64,000 bases of DNA, from NCBI GenBank assembly GCA_010015805.1, contig ML978121.1, positions 2,294,001 to 2,358,000 on the forward strand, given 5' to 3'. The stretch comes from Rhizodiscina lignyota (Eukaryota). How positions within the stretch are numbered: the stretch's first letter is position 1; each line of letters begins with the position of its first letter. The notes beneath the pieces are model-generated. The model had not been told where the DNA came from, did not search any database, and was given only the letters and a program-made list of their open reading frames with translations. A program made the position numbers and the translations under genes. Shown here piece by piece: positions 35,215 to 49,510 of the stretch.

Positions 35215-35761
35215 ACGATATAAAGGAAGAATGGTAGAGAAAGGAGAAAATGCATAGCTTGGTGTTTGGGAGAGATCGGCAGCTTTTGTGCCTGTTACAT
35301 AGCAGGCGTATCTTTGAGAAATTCAAGACTTCGCAAACTTGATCTAGAAGGAGTCCGAATCATCGACTTCACCCTTTTTTTGCCTATATTAATACCCGAC
35401 TGACTTGAACACTAAGAGATATCACCATGACGCCATCAACCAGTTACACAGTCGATCAAGCTTATGAAGTGGGAATCAACGCATGGGCGCAAATATTGTA
35501 ATACCATTGCGGTTGTCGTTGCGAGTTTAGTGTGCCATATTGTTGCTTTGGATCCCTTGGGTTCCGCTCATCAGGCTCGGACTGGTAATGTCTGCCCGTG
35601 CGACATCAGGTATTCTGGTCGATCGATAGTTGGCAGGGCGGAAAAGCTGTATGGCGACCCAAGAACAGTTTGCACGGCCCCAAATAAGACTGAAAGAGGA
35701 TTTTAAAGGTTATAAAACAGCGCGAGGCCCGGAGACGTTGTTCTCCAAAATTCCAATCGAA

Positions 35762-36439
35762 ATGGACAAAGACAGTGAATCCAGTACTACATCACGTGGC
35801 CTTACAACAGTTGACGCCACTGAGAGAGATGAAACACCAAACATAAATCAGAATGAAGATGAATCAAAGGAAGATCCTAAGCAAATAGGCGGGAGTGCAG
35901 GATCAAAGCCATCCGAGCCCAAAAGGATCAGTCCTTCACCCTTGCATATCTACGTGGCAGTTGGAAACCGTCTCAGTGTGAAAGACAAGCACTATAGCTA
36001 CTGGATATGGGTGGAAAGACCCGAGGCCGTTGACGAGGGCTGGATAGCCTCTGGGTACGATTTCTGGCCGCCAGAATGGGAGGTTTTCCAAACGTTCCGT
36101 CCGTTCCAGCATCCGCGGCGCGCGCCCCAAAGCTTTATGGGCCTTCTAAGAATCGGCGAAGTTGCCGATGAGCAACCGGATGACTTCTATGAACGACTTG
36201 AGCTAGGCGAGGAGCAGGAGCCGCCGGCGATCGAGAACGAGGATTCCGAAACCTGGATACTACGCGTAGTTGAGGCGCTGCAGAAGGATGGTGTGGCCAG
36301 GACACCGGATTCCTTCATCTCCACGCTTTCGGAACTAGCTCGGTCATGGAAGGATCTGATGGCTAAGGAGGATGATCTTGCCATGGTATGGCCAGACGGA
36401 CGTCTGCCGCGCGTAGACTTGAGACGAGGTTCGCATTGA
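35762..36439 (+). CDS. Hypothetical protein, paralogue 1 of a local 4-member family
   Basis: ORF from ATG 35762 sharing motifs with the genes at 37078, 38376 and 44408. Confidence 0.75.
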   Translation: MDKDSESSTTSRGLTTVDATERDETPNINQNEDESKEDPKQIGGSAGSKPSEPKRISPSPLHIYVAVGNRLSVKDKHYSYWIWVERPEAVDEGWIASGYDFWPPEWEVFQTFRPFQHPRRAPQSFMGLLRIGEVADEQPDDFYERLELGEEQEPPAIENEDSETWILRVVEALQKDGVARTPDSFISTLSELARSWKDLMAKEDDLAMVWPDGRLPRVDLRRGSH

Positions 36440-37077
36440 TCAGGCAAAGCACGATCATTTGTTGGTATTGAATATTGAGGATATCTGGGCAGGCCGCAAT
36501 TCCAAACATGTTTATCTTCTAAGCTCCACGTGCGTGATTCGAAGAGCACTGTGCCTTAACCGTGACTTGCCCTTGGTGAAGGTGGAAACGGTGTAGCAGG
36601 AACGGATATTACCCTCCAATCCAAGGGAGAGCAACATTGAAACTTTGAAGGCCTAGCGTACTATGTTTCAATCAGTATTAAAGATTGAGCAGCTTGACTA
36701 ATGGTACTTTACATTGATTGGAGAGACCAAGTATCTTAGTTCAATGTTTCGAACTTGAAGCACAACTGTTTGTCGCCCACCAAATGTGCTCGTGTTGTGA
36801 GGTGGCACCATGCGTAGTAGTGACGCCACCAGCATCATCGACTATATGGAGACAAGAGTCTGTTCTTCTTTCTCCATAGCTGTTATGACTTGAAGTGTGT
36901 AAAGTGTCGAGTGAGGCGACAGTTGCGTCAAAGATATCACGGCAACACGGGATCACACGACACTGTTTTGAGAGCTTTCCACCTCTTATGTTTCTCTCTC
37001 AATCAGCCTGCTTACAACATCTCCCGAAGGTGCCGCTCTGCTTCATGCTCAGCGGGTTGCTGGCACGCACATTAAAC

Positions 37078-37876
37078 ATGGAGCAGCCAGCAAGCGATGA
37101 CAAAGAATCGAATGACAACATGGCAATGTGAGTGAATCTGACAAGGACCGCTACATATACAAAAGTAATGTAATTACAGTGACCCAGAAGAAACAAAGGT
37201 GATCGACTCTGATGAATTGTCAACAGAAACGTCCGTGCCTCCCGGAGAAACAGAGACTCTCAGTCACTCTTTCATCTTACGTGCCCTTTTTGCTATGAGG
37301 AGAGCGAGAATTAATCAACGAAGCGAGAGAGAAGTGGCTGGCGAGAAGAAAGCGAGCGATGAAAAGAAACAGACTTCTCCTCTGCACGTCTTCGCGGCTA
37401 TTGGTCGGACTGACATACCGAAGGATGAGGAATTTCACTTCTGGATATGGGGAGAGAGACCTGGAGTCCACGACAAAGGTTGGTATCGCACAGTGGTTAT
37501 GGGCACCTTGTCTGGTCTATGGGAGACTGATCCTCGCACTCAACCTGGTGATCCAAGACCTTATCCCAAGGAATTTCTCGGCATCGTCAAGATCGGAGAA
37601 GTCCTTGGTGAGCATCCGGGAAATTTTTTCTCTCGTCTCAACCCTTTGAGGGTCAAGTGTACTGTCGGAGAGGCCTCCCGAACCTGGTGCCATCGAGCAA
37701 TCCATGCGCTTCAAGATGATGGATTCGTTCCTGGTGCCTTGTCTGCTCATACGCTTCTGGATAAACTCACACAAGATGCGCGAGAATGGCAGAAGGATTT
37801 GGATAGTCGTGGTGTTGCCAGTTGGGCTGATGGGGAGCTACCGAGGAGTTGCGATGGCGATGCGGATGAGGCTTGA
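37078..37876 (+). CDS. Hypothetical protein, paralogue 2
   Basis: Exon 37078-37127, intron GTGAGT..TTACAG, then exon 37180-37876 in frame. Motifs SPLHVFAAIG, FHFWIWGE, KIG, WCHRAIHALQDDG and WADGELPR. Confidence 0.75.
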
Positions 37877-38375
37877 CGGGCGGATTGATGAGGCGATCAA
37901 ATTTGTAAGCATGAAGTAACTCGCAAACATACGGCGAGTACTACTAAGGACACTGCTCGTGTCCTCGTCAAGTGACAGAGAGAGCAGAGTCAGTTGAAGG
38001 TCACAATTCAAAGAATTATTTTTGACGTACGAAGATCACGTGTACCGAATTTGGACGTCATGACCTACCCAATTGCCTGCATCGAAGAAAGACCGTCCGA
38101 ATATATACCTCATGTGTCAAGATCACATGCGCTACATATTCCTGCATCGTTAGAGCATAGTGTTTCCTGCTGATAATCGTCCTTGTGTCTGGTGATTCAA
38201 GCGTGACGGACCAGAATGTAACAGAATGTGGCAGAAGAGGACCGATTGTGCCAAGGAGCAAACAACACTAATAAAAAATACAATAAATAGTGGATATGGA
38301 ATTCGTTCTTTGGTCTTATTTCTCTTTCTGGGATAAGATAAACTTGTTACTCAATTAACACCTGAGCCTTGGAAG

Positions 38376-39107
38376 ATGGCAGATGCCGCAGATGAGAAGT
38401 ATGTTGAAGCTACGCTGTTCGGAGACTACCGAGACGCTCGAGAAGGTGAACTACAAGATCCAGAACAAGCTCAAGAATCCACGAAGCCGTCCCAGCAACA
38501 GACTCGACCACCGCCGTATGACCTGTTCCTGGCAGCGCTCAACCGTCCCGGAGTTTCCGACAATGAGAACGAGAGAGACGAATGGATATCCCGTGGAGGT
38601 TCACAGTCCGTGTACGACTGGATGGTTTGGGTAGAAGACCGTGACAATGCTGGCAGAGGCTGGTATTGGTATATCGCTTCTGAACCTTCTTCGTTGGAGC
38701 CTTTGACAGGATACTTCAACGAGTTTGCTCCTACAGCCACCAGAAAGAGGAGTCTGCACCAGTGGAGGATACATCAAAACTTTGGCAGTCCAGCTGATGG
38801 CTATCCAGACCAGGTGGTTGGAATGACGAAGATTGGTGAATTTCAGGCGCCTTCGGCTGGAGAGGGGTTGAGAAATTTGACCAGCACTTTATCAAGAGCT
38901 CGGTCCCCAGGGAAGAATGAAGAAAGTGTGCACTGGGTCAGGCGAGTTCTCGAGGAGCTAAGATGGATTGCTTCAGCGAAGAACTCACATATGGACCCCG
39001 ACGAAGTCCTGGACGCGATAACAGGCCTGGCGTCATTGTGGGTACGTTCCTGGTTGGAATCCGATCGGAAGCGCATAACCAAGCATTTCGAATTCTGGGA
39101 AGCATAG
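38376..39107 (+). CDS. Hypothetical protein, paralogue 3
   Basis: 243 aa ORF with motifs GSQSVYDWMVWVE, GWYW, GMTKIG and NEESVHWVRRV. Confidence 0.75.
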   Translation: MADAADEKYVEATLFGDYRDAREGELQDPEQAQESTKPSQQQTRPPPYDLFLAALNRPGVSDNENERDEWISRGGSQSVYDWMVWVEDRDNAGRGWYWYIASEPSSLEPLTGYFNEFAPTATRKRSLHQWRIHQNFGSPADGYPDQVVGMTKIGEFQAPSAGEGLRNLTSTLSRARSPGKNEESVHWVRRVLEELRWIASAKNSHMDPDEVLDAITGLASLWVRSWLESDRKRITKHFEFWEA

Positions 39108-40172
39108 CAGAACTGTTGAGATTCGAGTGTAAGATATATGTAAGAGTATGAGAGACAGAAGAAGTGTGATGAGATGTGACGGTCATGATACCCTTGCTGG
39201 AGAAAAGGAACGCTCCGGCCTCACCAAAAAGTTGAGCCGTTGTTACCATGGACCGATTTGCTACGACGTATACTCTCTCGTCAATGTATGTTATGTGTGT
39301 TGAAGCTATGTATTTCTAAAAAAAAATTTGATCCAACGCCGGCTGAATGAAGCTCTCAGACGTTGGTGTCGAAGCCATAGCTAGGTAGCTGGATGTTGGA
39401 GGAGAGAGGATCAGGAGACTCAACTTTTTGCCACCTCAGGGGCGCAGCACGCCGAAATTTTGCCGCGTGCACCAACTTCGGGCCGACACTTGGAGAAACC
39501 CACCAATCATCGTGACCGTACCACCTGCACGTATCTAGATCCGTAGAGCGAACTCCTCAGCTCTCGGTACTCATGCCTGCATAACGTTGCCTCACAGTGA
39601 ATCTTCCATGCGGAAAGGATTCCCCAAAGCGGGTTTCATGTCGGCAGACGATCCAACGACGATCTTCCTAGATGTCGTCGCAGCCCGCCCTTTTACCCAA
39701 TCATCACAATTAGTCAACGCGCCGATAAGAGTCGCTCAAGCAGAAACGGCAACTCAGAAAGCAAATAACGTCTCTTCTCTCTCTTATCGAGAGCAGGCTT
39801 CCGCAGTAGCTCATGCCCCACAGCATACCGTTGTTCGACCCGCAGATAGGAGCGGAGTACGACATGCAAGTAGGTCAGCGTGCATACTAGCCATACAACC
39901 AAATTCTCCTCATATTTCCTGTACGACTTCCTCCATTTCAGCATGTGAATTTCCTCGAGGAATCTCTACTTTCATGGCTGTCAATTCCTTTTGTAGCATG
40001 CTGTGATATTCAAAGAGGTCCTCCTATAACTAGGCATCAACACGACAAAGGCTACTCTCAAGACCTTTGAATGCTTAAAACCACATTCAATTTCAGAAAG
40101 TGAGAGGAGAAAAGGCATCCCGTCCATAGGGAGGGTCAAGGTTTTCAAGAGTTTTGGGAGAAGCTACAAACG

Positions 40173-42046
40173 ATGCGGCACAGCATCACATCCGTCACAC
40201 GCTCGGCGTCGGCCGGCGACCTCCCAGAGAAAGTATTCGATCAGTCTCTGAGCGAAGATGCAGCACTCGAGAAGCTCGGGTACGAGCAGGAGCTCAAGCG
40301 TTCATTTGGCCTCTTTGGTATGATCGGATTCAGCTTCAGCATTGTGACGTGCTGGACCGCCCTTGGTGGTGTTCTCATCGTCGGAGTGGAGTCTGGAGGT
40401 GCTCCGGTCATGATATATGGATGGATTGGAGTGTGCCTTGTCGCCCTCGCCGTGGCGTATAGCATGGCAGAGATGTGCAGCGCATATCCAGTTGCAGGAG
40501 GACAATATTCGTGGGTTGCAATATTAGCACCCCAGAAATGGGCGAGAGGCCTCTCGTACGTGTGTGGATGGTTCATGGTAATCGGTGAGAGCTGACCACA
40601 AGGCGACACGTTCAAGTCATCTATGCTACTAACACATCGTAGGAATTCTGGCGATGGGTGCGGTGAATAACTTTATTGGTTCTAATTTCATTCTCGGGAT
40701 GGCCCAACTTACGCATCCGGACACGTATACCATCGAGCGGTGGCACGTATCTCTGCTCGCATATCTCTTCGCTTTCGGGGCTTGTGCATCAAATATCTTC
40801 CTCCCACACCTACTTGACAAGATCTCCCGCGGCATCCTGTTGTGGAACATCGCGTCCTTCTTCGTGGTAATCATAACGATACTCGCAACGAACGACCACA
40901 AGCAACCTGCACACTTCGTCTTCTCTGACTTTCAGAATTTCACCGGATTTGGGAACAGCTACACCGCGGTACTAGGCATCCTGCAAAGTGCATTCGGCAT
41001 GTATGTTAATCTTGTCCTCCCCATATGCCTCATCATCTTCTGGGTGCCAGTATTCCGTAGTTTCTCCTTGTCCGGACTTCTGCTGACTATGTGGTTTTTT
41101 AGGTGCTGCTACGACGCGCCAGCGCATATGACGGAGGAGATGAAAGACGCAAGAAAGTCGGCTCCCAAGGCAATTGTATACAGTGTCTACATTGGAGCAT
41201 TTACTGGTCTTGTCTTCCTCATTTCGGCGTGCTTCTGCATTGGGGACATCGACACTGTGGCTACCACTCCGACTGGCACGCCACTTATTCAAATCTTCTT
41301 TGACAGTACTGGCAGTCGCGGCGGGAGCTGTGCATTGGCAAGCCTGATCACGGTCATTGTGATTTTCTGCGCCAACTCGCTCATGGCGGAAGGCGGGCGC
41401 GCGGTGTGGGCCTTTGCAAGAGATGGAGGACTGCCGTTCAGTTCAATTTTAAAGAAGGTCGAGAAGAAGAGGCAAGTGCCGGTATATGCGATCCTCTTCA
41501 CGATGGTGGTCCAGATGGCATTCAACTCCATTTACTTTGGCACCGTCACGGGGTTTACGACCGTCATCTCGATTGCTACCGAAGGATTTTGTAAGCGCCT
41601 TACGACTTGCCTTTATAATAATATTTTTGTGCTGATTAGCGGCCTAACTTCTCATTCCAGATGTGTCCTACGCTATTCCTCTTCTCGCGCGCATACTGTC
41701 GCGCATCACCAACTCATACACCCATCTTCCAGGTCCTTACTCCCTTGGGCGCTACGGTCTCATCCTCAACATTGTGGGCTTCCTGTATCTCATGTTTGCG
41801 GTCGTGATCTTCAATCTACCTACTCTGTCTCCAGTCACCAGTGAAAATATGAATTACACTTGCGCGGCAATCGGCGCGATTATGCTGATTGCGGCGGTGA
41901 CGTGGATTCTTACGGGACGGAAGCATTTCAGTGGTCCGGAGGGTGGGAAGATCATGGATGCGAGGCATGGAGAAGGAACTGTCTTGGAGGGGATGCCTGA
42001 TAGGAGTTCAGTTGCACCAGAAGTCCAAGAAGAGAAGAAAGCATAG
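40173..42046 (+). CDS. Amino acid/choline/GABA permease (APC superfamily, HNM1/UGA4-like)
   Basis: Motifs LGYEQELKRSF, SMAEMCSAYPVAGGQYSW, YDAPAHMTEE and AFARDGGLPFS. Introns at ~40586-40642, 41001-41102 and 41591-41660. Confidence 0.93.
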
Positions 42047-42451
42047 ATTGTATTGACTTGGATGTGCATTCTTCTATTGCATAGTACATAGCGTAGCGCT
42101 TCAGTATGACAATCGACGATTACCTGATGCGGTGACGATATGATGCACGTGTCGCGTTCACACGAGGACGATGAGTCACAGCACAAGAGAGAATATCATG
42201 CGCTGATGGAATAATCTATGCCTGCATTGAGGGAGATTGACTTTGCTCTAGCTGTACATCATGATGACCAGACCCCCTCCCGAAGCAAGCAGTAGGATAT
42301 CAGTGATGAAAGCCATGTTGTATTCCTTTCCGTTACCCATAAAGCAAATACCATTGAGAACCATGCTGACCATTACGCCGTCGACCCATGTCATCCCCGT
42401 CATGGAACCATCACGCCACCATGGTGAGAGTTGAAGAGTGAAGCGAGAAGC

Positions 42452-43068
<617 letters not shown>

Positions 43069-44407
43069 GTTGAGTAAATAGAGTGAGGGAAAAGTTTAGA
43101 TAAGTTTGATGATGAAGACACGCCTTTTTGGACGTGTATTGATGGATACGGGTTGATGGTGGACGGAGCGCTTGAAAATGGCGAGATTTGCGATGAAGGA
43201 GAGAAGGAGAAAAGAGGGAGAAATAAGAAGGGGAATATGGCTTTATAGTGCGGTGAGTGATCAGGCAGTCGTGGGCGGCGCTAAACCTACTCTGGCTGCG
43301 GCGAGCGTGTCGCAAGGAACAACAAAACCATCAGGCCGAGTTCTAGCGGGCAAAGCTTTGGTCCTAAGTTGCGCTGGAAAGCAGCGTCTCATAAGCACAT
43401 CAAAGTTCGCGGGCGCCTGCTGCTGAATGCGCGAGTGAGACCGCTGCGCCGTGGTCGAGCCGAGGCCGGCCCGCGCTAAGCAGGAACACCAAACCTTCAC
43501 GCGTCGCTCGTCGCGTCGCTTTGCACCAAGTATTCAGGCTCCCAAGCCATCTGAAAGTCATTCTTCTAAGATGCGCATCCTTGTATTAAGCGAGCGTATT
43601 CTCTTGAAGTCCATGACTTCGGTTACCGCCACACCCCTCTCCGACGCGCAATTTCTCCATGTCGCGTCCACTGTCTGACCAGACTTGGACTGTTGAACGA
43701 GCATCATATTAAACTAACGTTGGATCTCTTTCGAAGCAGCGCGACATAGCGCGCAGACACGAATACATATGCTTGCGAAAATGGCTCTATCTAGTCACAC
43801 CTAGATTAAGCGTTCCATGCGTCGTCACCGAGCCTCACGACCATCCTACGACTACTGATGAATCGCATGTACTGAACTTGAGCGGAGCACACAGCCCACG
43901 GCATTATCCTCGAAGTAGGTCTGGATCTCCTCTGAGCGGTGGAAGGAAGACTAGTAGCTTAGCGGATTTGGTGATATTTATATTACCCCGTCCAGAGCTG
44001 AAGCGTACTGGATCGCCCAGTTATGGAATATTCAATGTGAAAAGAGCTATTTAAGCCTAATATGCTGTTTTCTTGCTCTCTGCCGTCGATGAGGCTATTT
44101 ACCGACGGACCTTGGTGGGTTTGAGTTAAGCGGAATCCGCTCAGTGCAGCTGTGACTTCGCCGTCTGCACTGTCGCTGCAATGGATAGAGACAAGCACGT
44201 CGGCGAACGGAGGTTCGCTTTAATCACTCAAGCTTGGACTGTTGCGTAAGTAGTATTTTCATTCACTCTGGAGTCTCTTTCATTATATTCGAAGCATTTT
44301 TGAAATTGGCACTCCTATTTGCTTGTCGTCCTAGAAGAGCCCCGGTGCTATCCACGTAAGATACATGTGCGTCCGTCTTCTACGCACTTTTGTATGCCTG
44401 CTTCACC

Positions 44408-45204
44408 TCACTGGCAGAACGTGTAGTCCCTCGGTATCTCCGCTTCAGCCGCCCTCCAGCCCTCGGTCCTTGGAAGTCGATCGTACTTCTCGTACCACGT
44501 CTCCGCCACGTCTACCATGTGAGCCATGAAGGCGTCAGTGTCGAGCTCTGGGTTCACATCGATCTTCTTGTTACGCTTGAGAGCCTCAATTACGCGACGA
44601 ATCCAGTGGACAAAGTCTTCGTTGCCCCGCGGCAGCACCACCGGACGGATCGTATCGTGGAGGTCATTTATGCAGCCATGACCATCAGGCCCCAGATTTC
44701 CAATCTTGGCCATGCCCGTCATGTAGATGGGAAAGCGTTCGAGATCTCCCGGATAGCGCCAATTGTGGATCAGGCGCCATTTTGGAGGCCGGGGTGGATC
44801 TTTCTTTGCCAGCAACACCAACAGCGGCCCGATGTTCGATTCCAGGTCGACCCTCCAGGACCATCCATGATAGTTCGCCAGTGCAAACCCACTGCTCTCC
44901 ACCCAGATCACCCAATTGAACATCGACTGGCTCCCAAACCTCCGAAATTCTGTGCGACGCTCAGGTCGGGAAAATCCACCGCGAGCCAAGGCCGCGATCC
45001 AGATCGCTTTTCCCACGTTCTTAGAATATTCGCTAGCCGTCGAGCCCTTAGGACGCGTCGCATTATCACCTGCAGCTGGAGTCTTGGATGATGATGGTCG
45101 TGGTGGGAACTGAGGGTTGTGACCCAGATACTATTAGAAGTTAATAAAGTTCACATATAGAACATCCTTATGCACACTACCATCCGTGTGCGTTCGTATG
45201 ACAT
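44408..45204 (-). CDS. Hypothetical protein, paralogue 4
   Basis: Putative exon 45204-45181, intron, then exon 45130-44408 in frame. Motifs GSQSMFNWVIWVE, GWSW, GMAKIG and NEDFVHWIRRV. Confidence 0.72.
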
Positions 45205-46182
45205 TGCGAGATGGAAGGATCTGAATGATTTTGCTGGTTGAGTGGCGTTGTGAAGATGTTGAAGATGTTGCAGGTGGAGGAGGGCAATAGTGAAGTTCGC
45301 GTTTGCGAACAAAGGTCTACCGTCTTACAACACAAACACGACGTGCTTTAAGCCGGCTTCGGAGGAATCGTAGAATGGCGCTTTGGAAGTCTTTAAAGCA
45401 GCAATTGAGGCTTTGTGATCTTAAGCGCTATGGTGCTGTTACTTCATTGGCGAGCCGTTTGAGCAGATTGGTATCCGATTCTGAGATTGACATTGTATAG
45501 ACCGGTTTACTGGGATTTGGAAATACTGTTTGTATGGATCTTCTCTTCTGGTTTTCGTAAGTTGGTGCGGATTGCCCCATCTATCAGGTTGAGATGGCCG
45601 TCGTTCACCGCATTGAACCTGCCATCTCCAGCAAGTCGTACTTGCACGCCAACAACAGCTGCCTAGCTTTTAATATTCCAAGACTTTGTAAGCCAGTAGA
45701 CTTCAAATTCCGGAAACCTACCGTCCAAGCGTGGGATACGAGATTCGCTGTACAGTTCCGAAGAGGGCAACAAGCTAGCCGTTTGCAAAAGTAAATTCAC
45801 CAATGCTCGCGCGAGGAGCACACCTGGCACGCTTCAAAATATTCGGGAATTGTTAACAAAGTCGGCTTGTTCGATAGTGGGACAAGAGTCTCTTCACTCC
45901 CAGAGACGGGCCATTCTACTGGGGAGTTGCATTGGAAAGTGTTCTGGTGTCTGCGAATGATTGGGCTCATTACCGAATGGTTGGAGAGGGAGACATCATA
46001 GATGTAGATAGAAGGGTTATTGGACACATGCTATGATAATAGTTCTTCGAAACAAAAGGTCGTGTATCATCTGCCGTGCACTACTCGTGCATGTATATCT
46101 ATAAACACTAGGGCAGTGAGCATATACAAATCAAAAGACCAACCCATTTATCCAATCCGTTTATTCCAATTCGTTCCCGTCA

Positions 46183-47303
46183 TCAAATCTCTGGCATCGA
46201 GTCCACAACTGCGTCTCCCTTTACCGGTCGTCCTTCTACAGCTGCTTCTGCCTTCTCCGCCTCCGTAATCGGCTCGGTTGTGTTCTTGCTCTTGCCAAAG
46301 CCGAACCCACGTCGTTCGGTGTACCCTTCCCTGAAGCAGAGACCCGGATGGAAGATATTCAAAGACAGCACGCCAGCTCCAACAATTGCGCCCTCCAGCC
46401 CAATGAAGTATTTCTGCGTCTCGATCAGATGTCCATTCCATCCTTCGCTCAGCTCCGCAACTCTGTAGACGCTCCGCGTGAAGATGCACAACGTGCAGAA
46501 CGCTAGGGCGATCAAGAACCCTTTAAACGCCCATGACTCTCTGAGTCGCGCATGCGTAGGGTCCAGTGCACCTTCCTTGCCAAGCTCTTTCACTCGCCTA
46601 AGTGTCTTGAGGGCAAAGTCCGCCGAGAGGCAAATGAAGACGAAGAGTGTGCCAACTTGGAAGGCCAGACCGGCAATCATGATGTTGTTGCCCTTCGAAG
46701 GATCCTTTCCGGAATGAGTGGCTGCTGATGCCCAACCACCGCCGGCAGCCTGGAGTAGGAGCGAGACGACGTCGCATGGTATGAAGATACGCGGGTACCA
46801 GAGTGGCTTCAGACGTGAGTTCGAAGGACCGAAAGTAATAACGATGCGGGAGAGACACAGGTACAGGCCGGCGGCGAGGAAGGCTGGAGCAATGGTGAGG
46901 CAGACGATCTGCATGAGGAAGCCGTTCTATAAAGGCATACAATGTTAGGATTTGAGTTATTCCTTGCAGGGAACAGACGTACCTCGAGGAACGGATTGAA
47001 GTAGCTCATGATCCTTCCCACGTATCCAATAACTTCCAGGATACATCCTGACACCATCGCAATGGTAAAGCCAAGAAACCGTTTTGACAGAATTCCCTGG
47101 CAGAAAAAGACGCCCAACGAGAGGCCGAAGATCGCCAGGAATGCGCTATTCGCGCCGAGGGATGGTCGGTATGCCCAGTACGACAGGCTCAGAGGGCAAG
47201 TATCGAGTGTGCACTGCTCGCGGCAGTTTTTGCGCGCGTCGTAGCCGTGCGCCGCAGCGATACAGGCGCGGAACGCGCTGAGGCCAGCTTCTTGAGCAGA
47301 CAT
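46183..47303 (-). CDS. RTA1/RSB1-like lipid-translocating exporter
   Basis: Motifs YRPSLGAN, LEVIGYVGR, IAPAFLAAGLY, CDVVSLLLQAAGG, RSVYRVAELSEG and HPG. Intron at ~46928-46982. Confidence 0.93.
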
Positions 47304-48261
47304 GGTGGAGAAATTGAAAGGCCAATGAAAGAAAGTAGAAATGCAGAAGAGAGTGAGCCCAGCCTTCTACCTCGACCCTTCTATGCGAAGTGTAGTGATA
47401 CGAGATCTAGGCAGTCGCTCAGAGGTTTTCTTTTGGTCTCGGGCGAAAAGGACTTGGTGTGCAGGAAGGATCAAGACGTGTTTTTGCCGTTTGCCACAGC
47501 CTTTCACACACAAATGTATTACAGCATAACAATAAAAGGAGGGGATAGAATTGGAGAGGATGAAAGGCCGACAAGAGAGAGAGATGGGGAATTGATAAGT
47601 ACACTTACATGTATCGAGTCATGTCCCAAAATCTGGCATGATATCGAAGGCCGAAGCGGACGAGCTTCTCGATGCGAAGTCGCTTAAAGGAAGTCATTCC
47701 ACAATCGCATAGCGCGCCCGGAGCTAGAGCTGCTTCAGGGTAAGGTTTCGATGGCTGTTTTTCTCCGAGAGAACAAGGCTTTCGGCAAGAATCCGAGCCC
47801 GGCGATAAAGTGACATTCCTCGTATCCGCGGCGGCAAGACCCTGGGCATACTCCGAGAGCCGCAGCTTGGCGATACAAAGTGCGGAAGACGCAGAATGCC
47901 ACCGAGGTTCTGCATGCCATTGCTCTAGGTCATGCTATGATTTGCATTTGCTAAGCTCTATTAGCTTTAGGCAAATGATAGATGAAAGCAAGCATTCCGT
48001 CAACTCCTTTATCTTCGTTTTTAAGCAGTTCTACGTTGTTATTGTTGCGGTCGGCGTTAAAGTTGATTGTCCGAAACGCTGCCGTGTATTCCTAATAAAG
48101 GTCGATCCAGGATATATACGATTTATCCACTGCGTATGATACATTCTGAACCATTGAGTAGTTCCTCATCTGCCTCATGCTTGTCTGTTTGCCCTTTTCA
48201 ATCAATGCTAGTAGAGCCCATCGGTCTAGGTAAATTTCACTTTTGCCCCAGGACGGCGTAT

Positions 48262-49510
48262 TTACCAATCATGTCCCAGATCAACAGGTGGCTGATAGTG
48301 GGCATCCGAGCCATCCAAGCCTTCAAACAAATGCACTCCCCACGTCTTGGCCGGGTTATTGAAGCGATGCAGCCACCGGTTGCCGATGTACTCAATCTCC
48401 TTCAGGTCTTGGAAGTCAAGCTTCTCAACGCAGCCAAGAGATGCCCAGTTCTCTTTGTGGTAGGCCTCGTGGGAGCTCTTTGGGATGACCACGTGCCCTC
48501 TCTTCATGCCCCATGCCAGAGCAACTTGAGCTGTGGTGCATCCCCTCCTCTCCGCAATGGCTCTCATAATCGTGTGGTTCAGTAGTGGAGGCGGCGAGGG
48601 AAACACATTCGGCCGCCCCCTTGGGCTCTGATCGTCAATGTCGCCGTAGTCCTTCCGTGCGGCGGCAATGTCTTCCTTGAACTCATCACCACAAGAAGTG
48701 TGTGGGTCTCGGGCGTCTCCATTCTCGATGCTGCGGCCCTTGTAGATTGGGTTCGTGTTGCCGAGCGGGCTGTAACCAGTGACCTTAATGCCATTTGCCT
48801 TGTGCCACTCCTCCCACCATCGCTGCTGGAGGTACGGGTGGAGTTCAAATTGATGGACGTAGGGCTTGATCTTCGCTGAGCGAAGCAGGCGGAAGAGCTC
48901 GCTAGGAGCGAAGTTGCAGATGCCAATTTTACGGACCCTGCCATCCTCAACGAGCTTTTCCATCTGTTGCCATGTCTGAATACATTGTCAGTACGACTGC
49001 GGAATGCATTGAATACGACTCAATGAACGCTAAAGGGAAATTTTGCCATACCTCGACGTAATCAAAGATATGAGGTCCCTTACCACCGGGCTGACCAGCA
49101 GACCAATGCATCAGGTATAGATCAAGATACTCCAGCCCAAGCTCCTTGAGCGTCTGGTTGTATGCTTCCTCAACTTTGTCATGCATATCATTAAATAGCT
49201 TGCTCGTGACCCATATTTCTTCTCTCTTTACTCCTACAGCTTCCAGCCCTTCCTTGATGCCCTTGCCCACGGCGACTTGGTTGTCGTACGCCTTCGCGGT
49301 ATCGACATGACGAAAGCCCAGTTGGAGAGCCGCTTTGATAGATGCAGTGGTATTCTTGGGGCTAACTAAGAGGTCCCATGAACCGACGCCAATCTGAGGG
49401 ATATCAGCTATCGGTGCAAGCTCGTCCTCCTGGGGTCTCGTGAGGGGGATCTGCTCCGCGAGGAGAGATGCGGGGAGGGAGAGAGCTGCATAGAGCGACA
49501 GCAGCTTCAT
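48262..49510 (-). CDS. Aldo-keto reductase with N-terminal signal-peptide-like segment
   Basis: Catalytic tetrad context HVDTAKAY, TSK and YLDLYLMHW, plus IGICNF, QFELHPYLQQ and VIPKS. Intron at 48976-49051. Confidence 0.92.

Noticed and set aside
43100..44400. Divergent histone H3 partner for H4
   Set aside because: No ARTKQTARK-coding sequence is present.
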